A stretch of 64,000 nucleotides of DNA from a virus (IMGVR_UViG_3300021255_002056:1-64000); one strand, 5' to 3'; counted from the first letter of the stretch, positions 26,581-37,286 are shown. Notes: a model not told the origin generated them from the sequence alone. Program-made: numbers and translations.

Positions 26581-29500
26581 CTATCCAAGAACAACATGGT
26601 ATCCCTGAATAGTATCAGGAATTGTGAGAACTGATAAATTATCAGCTCGTATATTTGCAATATTTAAACCTGTGATTATCATATTTTCGCCGCTAATCGT
26701 GTAATTTAAATATTTTAAATCTGGTTCCACAATTATGATACTGAAGAACGCAGTATATGTTGTGGCCTCTGTAATTGGTTCAAGACTAGGCTCCCAGCCT
26801 TGGAAGACACCTCCATTTATAGATTCAGGGGTCTCTCCTGCGTAAACAGGAATATCACCATATGGAACATCTTTTTGAACATATAGTGTTCCTCCGCCGT
26901 CATCATCGTGTCTAATAAATGTTGCATTATATGTGCGAACGGTTCTTCTATAAGCCGCATAAACAGATCTGTCTGTAGTTACAAATCTAGTAGCTTCTGG
27001 ATCGTTCTCATATTGATCCGGTAGTAAACTCCAGCCTATAAAATTATAAATATATTGCGCAGTTTGCGATCTACCTGGTCTATCACCATATCTGCCATGC
27101 GTACCATTTAAAATTTCCTCTGTATATAATAGTTGTGATCCATCATAATTGTAATAATACAAATTTGAAACTAATTTATCAGCATTAATAACAAGACCTG
27201 GATATCTAGATTTAATTTCAGCAAGCCAAGCACCTGTAATGGATCCTAAACCATTAATAGTTCCGTATACTTGAGCTTTATCAACGTTGTTTCCGCTCTC
27301 ATCAACACCCTTCATGGCATCCAATAAGTCACAGAACTGCTCGACTTCAGTTGTAGTACTCATGCTGAACGTAAATCCAACTAGTCTAATTCTTGAATTA
27401 GCAGGAATTGCATGTAATATAGTCCAAATATCGACAACAGAACTTACGTTTTCGAGTCTCAGCGTTGTAATATTCGCGTAAGATGGCATTACAAATTCAG
27501 TAATCGCCTGTTGGTTCCTTATAGTCAGGTTTGTTATAGTACTAGGTAAATGCAGAACCTTTAAGACACCACCATTTGGAAGTGTTACTCCTGTCACAGA
27601 AGTTCCATCGAAATAAACATACTCAATATTGGAACAACCAGAAATATCAACCGCCTGAGTCAAATTTGGGCAGTTTCTAACATCCAAAGTTTGCAACAGA
27701 ACATTATTACCAAGAGTTAAGGTCTTAAGGTTTCCGTTTGTATATGAAGAAGAACTATCCCCTATTTTGAGATTCTGCAATTTAGTAGCCATAGAAAAAT
27801 CTGCAAAGCCTACTTTTAAGCCAGACAAATCTCCAACAGAAGAAATTTGCGATGCTGAATAAATATAAATTTCAGTATCATTCAATGTATCGATTGGACA
27901 TTCAAGAGTTGTGGCAACACCTCTTTGTCCTCTCTTCTGAACTAAATAGCTACCGTATTTAATTGACGGATAAATATCTGCATATGGTGTGACAGTAATA
28001 TTATCCTTAGCATATCCTCTTACCTGAATTAAGTCAGAAAGAGCATCACCGGCATTAAACTTACTGTCCATATATCTAAATCTGTTGTACAGCCACCATT
28101 TACGCTGTTCAGATTTAGAACCCTGAAGCATGTCCAAATAAGCACCTGTTCCATCATCAAATAATGGTTTCAGATACTTGAAGTATGAGTCTTCATTAAA
28201 AATTGCTTCTGGCCATTTATCTTGGTGATCCTCAAATCTCTGTTCAACATTAGCATAGCTAAGAATCGTACCAGATCTTAATGACTGATACATCTGCTGA
28301 ATCTGAATTGGGAATGAATCACGTAAATTACACCAAAGAACAGAATCCTGGCCATTAAATACATTTGCACCACCGGAGAGATGGTCTGTATCTTCTAATG
28401 AATATCCGAATGCTAAAGAACCTTCGTTGTTAATACCAATAGCAGTATCCATATCATAAGGCTCTGCAACAGCTTTTCTATCAATTACAGTAACCTTAGT
28501 CGGATCTGTATCTGCTCCTGAGAAACCAATAAACAAGTTCTTAGCTCTCGAGTCAACCATCAAGAATAATTCAGTAAACAGATAATAGAAAATAAACGAA
28601 TCTACATCTGCATAATTACCAAATTCGTTCTTAAATTTAGCCAAACGATAATCTGCAGTATCATTTGTATACTCTACACCATCATAAGTTACAGATGCTG
28701 GTAATCTATCTCCAGTTGCATTTTCTCTATATGTCGAATAAACAAAAGATTCAAGCTCCTGAAGTTTAGAATAATCGGTCCAACTGTCATTCGGGAACCT
28801 TGCTTCGTAGTCATATCTCCACTGTTCTTTTGATTCACCTGTACTAGGATCAAGTACCATGGTCTCGTCGAAGTAATCTGTCTTAAACAGCATCAGATTA
28901 GACGTGTTATTTTGAAATTCCCATGATTCCATATCTCCAGAGTATCCATAAGGACCTGGAGCACGTTTTGGTAAGTTAAAATTATACTTACCCATGAACG
29001 TTAATTCATTTGTGTTTGTATTATTCCAGAATAAAACGATTGGGAAACCATAAATACCCCATCTTACTTTTGGATTAGTAAGCATCTCTCTTCTCTTTAC
29101 AGGAGTAATATCATTGAAAAGCTTAACTAATTCAACATTATTAGCACCTTCTGAAGAAGCGACGTCTGCTTTTAATACAAATCTATTAAATGGAACGATA
29201 TTTTCAGCGAGTTCATAATTATCTGCATGCTCACCGTTAATATCAAATCCACTCTTGAATTGCAAGTCATAGTTCTTTCTTGCGTAAACTGCTGATGAAG
29301 TACCCTGTACATTGATCTGGCATGCACTGAACGAGAAAGACTTAACTGAATTTGCAGGATCTGTATAAGTTCCCGAAACCGTCTTTTTGTCTCCCTTATA
29401 CTGAGGCAATTCGGCAGCATTAATGATCATATATGGTAAATCATTTGGCAGTTTACTTATAACTACCTGACCATATTCATCATAAATATCATTGTGATGA

Positions 29501-31698
29501 TAACGATAAAGCAGATCCTCAATGTCCTGAGAATCGGCAATCCAGTTATCAAGAATCTGATGTCTGGTTAAGTTGTTATCATAAATACGGATATTATAAA
29601 TATCAGTAGTGCAGTAATTAGATCCGATTGTAATACCGACAGGATCCATTTGCGAGAAGTCATCATCTGCTGGATACTGAACTACACCGGACATAATTCC
29701 GTTTGTGTAAATATAAATAAGACGATTTTCGTTTCTCTTTTCAACTACGAAAGTGACACGAATATGCTCATCCTCTTTATACTGAGTAAATATTTCAGAC
29801 TGTTCTGATCTTAAGAAAGCTCTCTGTGCTGTTAATTCAAAACCACGATTTCCTGAAAGACAAGACAAAATAACCGAATCGTAATCAAGAATATTTCTAG
29901 TTGCGAATTCAAGCTCTATTGTTTTACCTGTAGTTCTGAAGTCTTGCGCAAAAGCTTTATAAGGGATTGTAACTCTAGCATCACCAGCAACTCTTAAAGC
30001 TGTGTATCCGTTAGAGTCATTTTTCCATCCATCAGATACAAAGTTAAAGCCTGTGAGCTGAGCTGAAATATCATTGTATTTCCAAATTGAAGGATCTTCT
30101 TCATTGTTAGATCTTCCTTGAGCTGTTAAATACAGCGATAAGTCATTTGTTTCAGCATGAACATCTATACCTGAATCTTCGACAGTTAAAGAGAACTCTT
30201 TCTCAACTTTACCAACAACAATCTTCATATCGAGTGGACCGATTTCATCTGGTCTATATAACCAAGTATGCTCGTTTCTATCGACTGTTAGTGTTGTTAC
30301 TAGCTCATCATTTGCATAAAACTGAGCTTGTGAAGTTAAACTATTTGCTGTATAAACTCTATACGGAATAGAAATCGTCTCGTATTGTCTAGCTGTTGTA
30401 TCTCTGAATGTTGAAGTGATAATCGGAACTACTGAAGATCCATCAGAAACGATCAAATCATAGAATAATTCATTTGATCTGACTTCAGTTCCGTCAATTA
30501 CACCTGTAAAATATACAAGTAATATATGAGATCCATGTGCTAAAGTGCCTAAATTCTGAGATTGCTGTCTTCCAGAAGTAGTTACAATAGCTTGAGCTTC
30601 ATCGATACCGTCAATAACAAAGTGAACAGTCTTCTCAACATTTCCAGTTGGTGTGTAAGTATAAACCAAATATTCGTTCGAATTATACACAATAGATGGG
30701 TCAAATGATGAAGCTATTTTTAAATCTACAACTGTAACTGTAAATATAATACTTGAAGTATTGCCGTATACATCTGTTAATGTGATACGAACCTTGTTTG
30801 AACCCATTCCAAGGTAGTCAGAGACATCAATATTCAGTAAACCCTGCGCAGCATCAGATGTATGCTTCACGATGTTATTCACTCTTACAGTTAAAGTTCC
30901 ATTTCCTGTAGGGACTTCATCTTCTGTAGATGACCATGTTACAGCAATTGAAACTTTTGCACCAGTAGAGACTGTTTTGCTTAACCAGCCAGAGGAGTTA
31001 GTGACTTTAATGACAGCATTATTGCCGCCACCGCCGCCTCCACCTCCTCCACCGCCGCCAATGCCGGTGATCTGGAAGAGCTCTTCATCATCATGCATAA
31101 AATAAGCTATGCCATCTTCGACGTAGCCCCTATTTACATAGTTAAGTAATTCAGTATTTAAGCTCTCAATATTTTGAGTATTAGTTGTAATGTCGCTTGT
31201 TAAAGCATCAACCTGAGCAGTAACTGCTTTATTTTGAATAGGATTGGTTGATGTATCACTAAGATCAGTATCAACCTTAACCGCGCCCTTCTTTGAGTCT
31301 GTTGCATCCGGAAGATACTTATCAAGAATCTGTACATCACCGGAACTGTCGCCAATGTACGGAACATGAACTTCAGTGTCATTAGCGAATGTAATTCCTA
31401 CATATCTTAATCCAGGATCTGAAGCTTTAGCAACTTTTACAACACCATATTTATTATTAAGTGCTGTCGGAATATCTACAGCTCGATCTGAATCAGGTGT
31501 TAATGTTACACCATTTATCTTGATAGATTCAATAGTGTTTACTTCTGATCCAGCTTCAATATTTGCAAGTTTTGTATGGTCGTTAATAATTGGAGTAATA
31601 TTATACTTTCTGGCTTTAACACCATCATCGATGACCAAGAAATACTCACCAGATAATTCAGTAAGTAATTCAAGATCAGTTATTCGTTTATCGCTCAT
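26581..31698 (-). CDS. large tail fibre/baseplate protein with beta-sandwich, CotH-kinase-like, LRR and Listeria-Bacteroides-type repeat regions
   Basis: MSDKRITDL fibre N-terminus, poly-Gly linker, QGTSS/KNY/VDSRAKN/PYDMDT motifs, LRR stretch, YxFxGW repeats. Confidence 0.75.
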   Translation of the reverse strand: MSDKRITDLELLTELSGEYFLVIDDGVKARKYNITPIINDHTKLANIEAGSEVNTIESIKINGVTLTPDSDRAVDIPTALNNKYGVVKVAKASDPGLRYVGITFANDTEVHVPYIGDSSGDVQILDKYLPDATDSKKGAVKVDTDLSDTSTNPIQNKAVTAQVDALTSDITTNTQNIESLNTELLNYVNRGYVEDGIAYFMHDDEELFQITGIGGGGGGGGGGGGNNAVIKVTNSSGWLSKTVSTGAKVSIAVTWSSTEDEVPTGNGTLTVRVNNIVKHTSDAAQGLLNIDVSDYLGMGSNKVRITLTDVYGNTSSIIFTVTVVDLKIASSFDPSIVYNSNEYLVYTYTPTGNVEKTVHFVIDGIDEAQAIVTTSGRQQSQNLGTLAHGSHILLVYFTGVIDGTEVRSNELFYDLIVSDGSSVVPIITSTFRDTTARQYETISIPYRVYTANSLTSQAQFYANDELVTTLTVDRNEHTWLYRPDEIGPLDMKIVVGKVEKEFSLTVEDSGIDVHAETNDLSLYLTAQGRSNNEEDPSIWKYNDISAQLTGFNFVSDGWKNDSNGYTALRVAGDARVTIPYKAFAQDFRTTGKTIELEFATRNILDYDSVILSCLSGNRGFELTAQRAFLRSEQSEIFTQYKEDEHIRVTFVVEKRNENRLIYIYTNGIMSGVVQYPADDDFSQMDPVGITIGSNYCTTDIYNIRIYDNNLTRHQILDNWIADSQDIEDLLYRYHHNDIYDEYGQVVISKLPNDLPYMIINAAELPQYKGDKKTVSGTYTDPANSVKSFSFSACQINVQGTSSAVYARKNYDLQFKSGFDINGEHADNYELAENIVPFNRFVLKADVASSEGANNVELVKLFNDITPVKRREMLTNPKVRWGIYGFPIVLFWNNTNTNELTFMGKYNFNLPKRAPGPYGYSGDMESWEFQNNTSNLMLFKTDYFDETMVLDPSTGESKEQWRYDYEARFPNDSWTDYSKLQELESFVYSTYRENATGDRLPASVTYDGVEYTNDTADYRLAKFKNEFGNYADVDSFIFYYLFTELFLMVDSRAKNLFIGFSGADTDPTKVTVIDRKAVAEPYDMDTAIGINNEGSLAFGYSLEDTDHLSGGANVFNGQDSVLWCNLRDSFPIQIQQMYQSLRSGTILSYANVEQRFEDHQDKWPEAIFNEDSYFKYLKPLFDDGTGAYLDMLQGSKSEQRKWWLYNRFRYMDSKFNAGDALSDLIQVRGYAKDNITVTPYADIYPSIKYGSYLVQKRGQRGVATTLECPIDTLNDTEIYIYSASQISSVGDLSGLKVGFADFSMATKLQNLKIGDSSSSYTNGNLKTLTLGNNVLLQTLDVRNCPNLTQAVDISGCSNIEYVYFDGTSVTGVTLPNGGVLKVLHLPSTITNLTIRNQQAITEFVMPSYANITTLRLENVSSVVDIWTILHAIPANSRIRLVGFTFSMSTTTEVEQFCDLLDAMKGVDESGNNVDKAQVYGTINGLGSITGAWLAEIKSRYPGLVINADKLVSNLYYYNYDGSQLLYTEEILNGTHGRYGDRPGRSQTAQYIYNFIGWSLLPDQYENDPEATRFVTTDRSVYAAYRRTVRTYNATFIRHDDDGGGTLYVQKDVPYGDIPVYAGETPESINGGVFQGWEPSLEPITEATTYTAFFSIIIVEPDLKYLNYTISGENMIITGLNIANIRADNLSVLTIPDTIQGYHVVLG

Positions 31699-31701
31699 GA
31701 A

Positions 31702-32115
31702 TTATCCCTCCAATTCTTTAATCCTTTGTCTCCAAGTTTTACGTTTACGAATCGTATCTCGGTATTCCTTGGAATATTTAATATTGATTGCAATTATATC
31801 TCTGATCCATGTTAAAGGATTATCTAAAGCAATGATTTCCTCTAACCATTTAGCAGCAATATAATCTGTTTCTAATAATCTTTCTTTTAGTGTTTGTATC
31901 TCTTTTTTATTGTTTTCTTCTTCAGAAACCTTATTAATTTGGCTCCATTTTGAATTATCGAAGATGAGCTCATTCTTGCCTAATTTATACGCAGCCATAC
32001 GGCCATTTGTAAAATCATAGTCATCAAGATTTAGCTCAACATAGTCTCTTTTCGTCCCAGTATGACGAATATAAACGCAATAACCATTGCTGTCCGTTAC
32101 TACTTCGTATTTCAT
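31702..32115 (-). CDS. tail fibre assembly chaperone-like protein
   Basis: EIQTLKERLLETDYIAAK motif; position next to the fibre gene. Confidence 0.55.
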   Translation of the reverse strand: MKYEVVTDSNGYCVYIRHTGTKRDYVELNLDDYDFTNGRMAAYKLGKNELIFDNSKWSQINKVSEEENNKKEIQTLKERLLETDYIAAKWLEEIIALDNPLTWIRDIIAINIKYSKEYRDTIRKRKTWRQRIKELEG

Positions 32116-32828
32116 AGTGCTTTCTCTACCAAATACACATGCGTTTCAAAAGTGTTATCAAAACTATCAGATGCTACATTGGCGGTTGCCTTACTTCTGA
32201 TTCTGCAAGTAAGTATTCCGGTTTCTTTATCGTATTTTTTCTCTAATTTATGAGTACAAGTAACTGACCAAGTACCTGCTTCGCCTCTAAAATGGTTAAA
32301 TACATACGAATAAGGATTATCCGGAAGATCTGCACGACCTGTTTTATTTCTAGCTATGATAAAATTGTTTTCCGTATACTTGTCGTATTTTGTTGGAAAT
32401 TTTTCCTTAATATTGAAAGTTTGATCACTTCCAAGATCGATAAGTTTACTTGGATCGACTACTAAAACCGGAGTTACTTTAACAACTTTTTTACTAGATC
32501 CCTCAAGAAAATGATTAGAAGTGAATGTTCCAGTATCAGAATCATATTTCTTAGCAAGCCATCCCCATATGGATAAATAACTTTCATCTCCAGGAACAGT
32601 TATACTATTGCTAGCACTAACATCTTCCATACTTAAGTAATAGAAGTTGTCTACTGTAAGATCCTTATACTTGCTAGTGTATTTCTTAATATCCCACTCT
32701 GTTCCGCTTCCAAGATTTACAATTTTGGAATTACCCCAAATCTCCTTTTCGCCCAAATAAATTTGCCGTATTTCTTTTTCGCCGATATAAACTTTATCGA
32801 CCTCTTTTTCACCCAAGAATAATGGCAT
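32112..32828 (-). CDS. tail fibre accessory protein with YxGEKE N-terminal repeats and an internally duplicated domain
   Basis: LFLGEKEV/VYIGEKEI/IYLGEKEIW; NLGSG...DNF...KKYDSDTG versus DLGSD...NNF...KKYDKETG. Confidence 0.6.
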   Translation of the reverse strand: MPLFLGEKEVDKVYIGEKEIRQIYLGEKEIWGNSKIVNLGSGTEWDIKKYTSKYKDLTVDNFYYLSMEDVSASNSITVPGDESYLSIWGWLAKKYDSDTGTFTSNHFLEGSSKKVVKVTPVLVVDPSKLIDLGSDQTFNIKEKFPTKYDKYTENNFIIARNKTGRADLPDNPYSYVFNHFRGEAGTWSVTCTHKLEKKYDKETGILTCRIRSKATANVASDSFDNTFETHVYLVEKAL

Positions 32829-32830
32829 AA

Positions 32831-33457
32831 TTAACTCTCCGGAATAAAGTAAAGAGTGTGCGCATTTTTGGTTTCTAAAGCTGTGTAATCCGCATCTGAA
32901 ATGATTTTAAAATTTAAAGTTAACTCGGAATTTGTTGCATCTAATTCGGGAGCAGCTTCTGTTCCAGCCATTGCAAAGTGAATGCCACTTACAGAAGTAC
33001 CATTAGGGCCCATAACAGTCATGATGTTTTCAGCAGTATTAACTCCACTAGATCCTGTAGTGATCTTATACAACGGAAGATCCCTTAAGGTACCAGATCC
33101 GTTAAGATTATCCTTCTTTAAATTTCCTAAAGAAGTAAGATAAACAAATTCGCCTCTTTGGCCATTAGGCGCATTTAAATTAATTCTTGCACAAAGATAG
33201 AATGTCGAATTAGATGGAAGCTGGTTATCGCCATCAAGTGTTTGTCTGCTCGTTATTTTGAAAAATGAGCCTCCAATAACCGCTTCACTTCCTGAATCGA
33301 AGTACGCTGTTAAACTGTTTGAAGAATAATGAAGCGTGAACTGATCTCCAACACCTTCGCAAACACAGTCCTGGCCCATTGTAGCGTATACAGCGCCGTC
33401 ATATTTAGAATCAATCTGATAATTCTCACCAACATCATATAGCGTTTGTATTGCCAT
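32831..33457 (-). CDS. baseplate/upper tail fibre protein
   Basis: Position; C-terminal DADYTALETKNAHTLYFI motif. Confidence 0.55.
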   Translation of the reverse strand: MAIQTLYDVGENYQIDSKYDGAVYATMGQDCVCEGVGDQFTLHYSSNSLTAYFDSGSEAVIGGSFFKITSRQTLDGDNQLPSNSTFYLCARINLNAPNGQRGEFVYLTSLGNLKKDNLNGSGTLRDLPLYKITTGSSGVNTAENIMTVMGPNGTSVSGIHFAMAGTEAAPELDATNSELTLNFKIISDADYTALETKNAHTLYFIPES

Positions 33458-33469
33458 AATAAAACCTCC

Positions 33470-33934
33470 TTACAGTTTCTGATAAATAAAATTTCTAGAT
33501 GTTTCGAATTCATCTAGAAGTCGTTTAGGATCATAAATACGAATATTAAAATCCCTATGAAAATATACATTAGACTTGTCGATCGAATAAGCCTCGAGTA
33601 ACTCATTGATCAGTCCTATAGTTCTATCTAACGATTCATCAAACTTACTATCACTAAGAGTTGAGCAAATAGCTATCGCGATTGTATATTTGTCTCCAAA
33701 ATCTTTATACATTCCTGTGTGATAGACCATAAAATCGTTAGGCATTAGCTGAATTGTTGTTTTATTATCTACAATGTAGTGAAAACATGTATTTTCTTTT
33801 GATTCTTTATTGTAGTAATTAAAATAATCATTAATGGATTTACTATAATCTTTAGTTTCGTAAATAGTAATTCCACGAATATCTTCAATAGATCTAGGAA
33901 GACCATATTGAAGCCATTTTGTTTCATCTAGCAT
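33470..33934 (-). CDS. N-acetylmuramoyl-L-alanine amidase (Amidase_2) fold protein, degenerate active site
   Basis: GITIYET, FHYIVD, YHTG, IAIAIC, VYFHRDF. Confidence 0.7.
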   Translation of the reverse strand: MLDETKWLQYGLPRSIEDIRGITIYETKDYSKSINDYFNYYNKESKENTCFHYIVDNKTTIQLMPNDFMVYHTGMYKDFGDKYTIAIAICSTLSDSKFDESLDRTIGLINELLEAYSIDKSNVYFHRDFNIRIYDPKRLLDEFETSRNFIYQKL

Positions 33935-33947
33935 AAATATAATCCTC

Positions 33948-36194
33948 CTAAATCTTTTTAAGTGTTAATAATTGAGTAAGTTTCGATCTAACTTTTCCAC
34001 AAATAAGATCTACAGATTCAACATTATAGTTTTCAGCTTTACTAATTTCATATCCGGTTATAACAGAATCGTAGTAATCTTTCTGTGTATAAATATCAAT
34101 TCCTGCTCCAAGCCTAAATTGATCAAATTGGTAAATGAAGTTCTTTAAAACCAAAGTAAAACTGATTTGATGATTGTACATTTGATCAGGTAAACTATTC
34201 GCGACGATATCACTAATCGGGTCATCACTAAATACAATCTCAGTATTTACAGATCGCATTCTGGAAATATCATCTGCTTTTGCTTCATGCTTATCTGTCT
34301 CTGTAGCAACCCATGTCGCTCTATAAGTAACACTATCGCCTGCAAATATAATCAATCGGTTTGTTTCTTCGGCAGTTGTTACAGGATTCATGTTTGTGAT
34401 TGCATAAACATTATCACCAACACTGATCTTTTCATAACTAGGAACTTTTATAGTTACAAAATTGTCATGGTCTGTGTCTTTTTCAGCAAAAACGTTCATC
34501 TCAAACTCAAATATAATTCCATAATGCTCATACAGATAATAAATGAATTCTTCGAAATCCATTATTTCGCCAATAGCATATGTCGGCAAATTTATTCCGA
34601 TGTTTGAAGGTTCATATCTGACTGTAAAACCAGAAAGCCTCTGAGCAACTAACGGATCGACATAGTCACTTCCAACAATATGACCAGAAGCATAATAATC
34701 GACAATATTTTTAATCGATTTTTCAAGAACAACGTCTGTCGCTTTTGTGGAATTTAATCCTAAAACATCCTCAAAGAATGGAAGCTTGTACTTTTCAGTA
34801 ATCTTAGTCCATTTCCTTGCGTCCCATTTTTCAGGAGTAGTAATAGCTGTCCTACATTGGTATATTGCTTCGGAATAACTTACATAATCACCTACAGCAT
34901 AAGTTTTTTTCTCTGAGTCGTATGGTTTAAACGATAGATAGTTAAGATATATGTTCCAACCATCATGGCCAGTATCTTTATCCGTATAAAGAACGCATAG
35001 CTTATTCATTCCTTTAACAAGCTGAAGCTCCAGCATTGTCTCAGTAGCAGCATCAATATCTGCAAGAAGTGCATCGTTAAGATACACAGATCCATTATCT
35101 TCGGTTATCAATGTTGCATTAACAATCGTTGGTTTAGAGCACCAGACATAAGTTGTAGCTCTTGCTGTATAAGCATTGCCGATGTCTATTCGCCAAGTTC
35201 CTGGATCAGGATAAGTGGCTGTTGATTCTGGAGACAAAGCGTCAATGTCATCCATATGCGGATAAGTGCTTCCTACTTCGCTGTATTTTTCAAAGAACCA
35301 GCTATTGTCATATGAAGCAGGTGGTGTTTCGCCCTTTTCATAGATCCACTGACCCTTATAAAAAGACTGCATCTGAGAGCACAGTATTCGCTTTTCGTTT
35401 GCTGCAGAATCAACATTCTCTATTGACTTGATAACACCGTTGTAAATTGTTTTGCCTTTCGGATCGTAAAGACCAAGAACATCTCCTGGCTCAACATTAT
35501 CCGGAAGATCATAAACATTTATTGTGCTGTTTGCATTAGTCATCAAATCAACAGAAATATCAAAAGTTTTTACCCTTACAAATACTTTTGGTACATCCCT
35601 TAGTGCTAATTGGTCTTTAATATAACAGCTATACTGGTAAATTCCATCTGTAGAAGGAGTTCTCTTGTACGAAGCTACAAGAATCTTATTTGTATCTACA
35701 TGGATGCTTCTTGGATTTTCAATAGATCCATCAGACCATTCATAAAATGTATAATTCGGAAATGGTCTTGCCCAAACAACTGTATCAAAAGGTTCATATT
35801 GATCATTTTTAGAAACATAAACTGATGTATGCGGTGTATCAGTTATTGCTTCTAGATGCCATTTAGGATCTTCTTCAAAATATGCAGTAACATAAATATC
35901 TTGATTCGCGTGAATCGAATATGTATTTTCGGTTATCGCTAATCTTTCTTCTTCAACTATGAACCTTACAGAATCTTCGGCAATAATTGGAGTATTATAT
36001 GAATCCGCAACCAAGAAGGCATTTAGCGGATAGAACTCCATTTTGAATAAATGATAATGAGTATTCGGAGTAGCTGTAAAGTCTATCCAGTTCTGCATGT
36101 ATTCATCAGATTCTGGACTAGATCCATCTGGTGAATGCCTAGTATAAGTTAATGTTCCATTTCCATTTACGGTAACATGTACATTCCATATCAT
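33948..36194 (-). CDS. baseplate hub / Tal-like tail protein with inserted PA14-like and CBM5/12-like modules
   Basis: Follows Dit; YDSEKKTYAVGDYVSY...YQC...W motif. Confidence 0.6.
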   Translation of the reverse strand: MIWNVHVTVNGNGTLTYTRHSPDGSSPESDEYMQNWIDFTATPNTHYHLFKMEFYPLNAFLVADSYNTPIIAEDSVRFIVEEERLAITENTYSIHANQDIYVTAYFEEDPKWHLEAITDTPHTSVYVSKNDQYEPFDTVVWARPFPNYTFYEWSDGSIENPRSIHVDTNKILVASYKRTPSTDGIYQYSCYIKDQLALRDVPKVFVRVKTFDISVDLMTNANSTINVYDLPDNVEPGDVLGLYDPKGKTIYNGVIKSIENVDSAANEKRILCSQMQSFYKGQWIYEKGETPPASYDNSWFFEKYSEVGSTYPHMDDIDALSPESTATYPDPGTWRIDIGNAYTARATTYVWCSKPTIVNATLITEDNGSVYLNDALLADIDAATETMLELQLVKGMNKLCVLYTDKDTGHDGWNIYLNYLSFKPYDSEKKTYAVGDYVSYSEAIYQCRTAITTPEKWDARKWTKITEKYKLPFFEDVLGLNSTKATDVVLEKSIKNIVDYYASGHIVGSDYVDPLVAQRLSGFTVRYEPSNIGINLPTYAIGEIMDFEEFIYYLYEHYGIIFEFEMNVFAEKDTDHDNFVTIKVPSYEKISVGDNVYAITNMNPVTTAEETNRLIIFAGDSVTYRATWVATETDKHEAKADDISRMRSVNTEIVFSDDPISDIVANSLPDQMYNHQISFTLVLKNFIYQFDQFRLGAGIDIYTQKDYYDSVITGYEISKAENYNVESVDLICGKVRSKLTQLLTLKKI

Positions 36195-36209
36195 AAACAG
36201 TTCACCTCA

Positions 36210-37286
36210 CTATACAGAGAAATAACTGTTCTTGAATGCTACTTCTACAGTTCCATTGAATGTCTCAAGATTACCTGCTGTCAAATTAAATATTGACCTT
36301 CCAACTTTTAATTTGCACCATGTAAAATATGCAATCTCATCTCTAACAGAAAAATCTTGCTTTTGTTCTGGATTTGAGACAACTAAGCCGTTTTCTTCTT
36401 CCAAATAAATAAAAGAATCACCATCAACGCTATTAATTATTACATGATCATATGTTCCTTTTAGAGCACATAAGCCATATCTAGTGTTATTCTGGTATAA
36501 AGTAAAAGTCGGATTGCTAATAGTTCCATTGATCGTAACAGTGAAACCAACTTCATCTGTTCCAGTATTAATAATTTCCAAACCGGATGAGAAATCATCT
36601 CCAAGATAGTAGTATGGTCTCATTAAAGGATAGTTCTTACCTACTTGGACTCTTTTCCAATGACTTGAATTGAATGCTTCTGGAGTAGAAATAGCTGCTA
36701 TACACTCGTACGTATGAACCATGTCATCATCTTCTTTGTAAACATAGCCATCAACTACTTTAACTCTATCACCAACAGCATACGTAGAACTTGAGTCATA
36801 CTCTGGTGCTATTGAATCATCTGAGCTGTTAGTTAAAACAAACATATGCTCTGACGAGTCAAGCCATTGAGATAATCTATGGATCGTTATTTGAGCTCTT
36901 AACGTTCCATCCTGGGACATCTCGCCTTTATTAATATTGCTAATAATAACGTTTGAATAAAAACTATACCGCTCATCATCAACAAAGTTCGGTGTTAAAT
37001 AATGAAATTCGATTGGCTTAAATCTAATAAAACTAATAAAATCCTGATAATCCTCATAGATAAGGTTTGGGGAGCTGTTGTAAAAGACAAGCTCCCCTGT
37101 AATATCAACCATATCTAATCCTTCAGAGATAAGAAGTTCTGAATTATTAATTTTTCTTGTTTTATATCTAGACTTAAAACCAAAGCCAGAAGGAGTACTT
37201 AAGAAAGTTTTGCATTTAGTATCATCTGTTAAGTAGTATTTCTCACCTTGAGAATTTACTAACCAAAATTTTCTATAATCAGACAT
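36210..37286 (-). CDS. distal tail protein (evolved Dit with CBM-like insert)
   Basis: Directly after TMP; PSGFGF and KLKVGRSIF-type motifs; insert YDSSSTYAVGDRV...YEC...HW. Confidence 0.75.
   Translation of the reverse strand: MSDYRKFWLVNSQGEKYYLTDDTKCKTFLSTPSGFGFKSRYKTRKINNSELLISEGLDMVDITGELVFYNSSPNLIYEDYQDFISFIRFKPIEFHYLTPNFVDDERYSFYSNVIISNINKGEMSQDGTLRAQITIHRLSQWLDSSEHMFVLTNSSDDSIAPEYDSSSTYAVGDRVKVVDGYVYKEDDDMVHTYECIAAISTPEAFNSSHWKRVQVGKNYPLMRPYYYLGDDFSSGLEIINTGTDEVGFTVTINGTISNPTFTLYQNNTRYGLCALKGTYDHVIINSVDGDSFIYLEEENGLVVSNPEQKQDFSVRDEIAYFTWCKLKVGRSIFNLTAGNLETFNGTVEVAFKNSYFSV

Noticed and set aside
31020-31065. GC-rich poly-Gly tract as a phase-variable repeat
   Set aside because: Mixed Gly codons in frame; an ordinary flexible linker.
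23457-37286. Diversity-generating retroelement targeting tail proteins
   Set aside because: No reverse transcriptase and no TR/VR pair with adenine-specific mismatches seen in this window; it cannot be excluded elsewhere in the genome.
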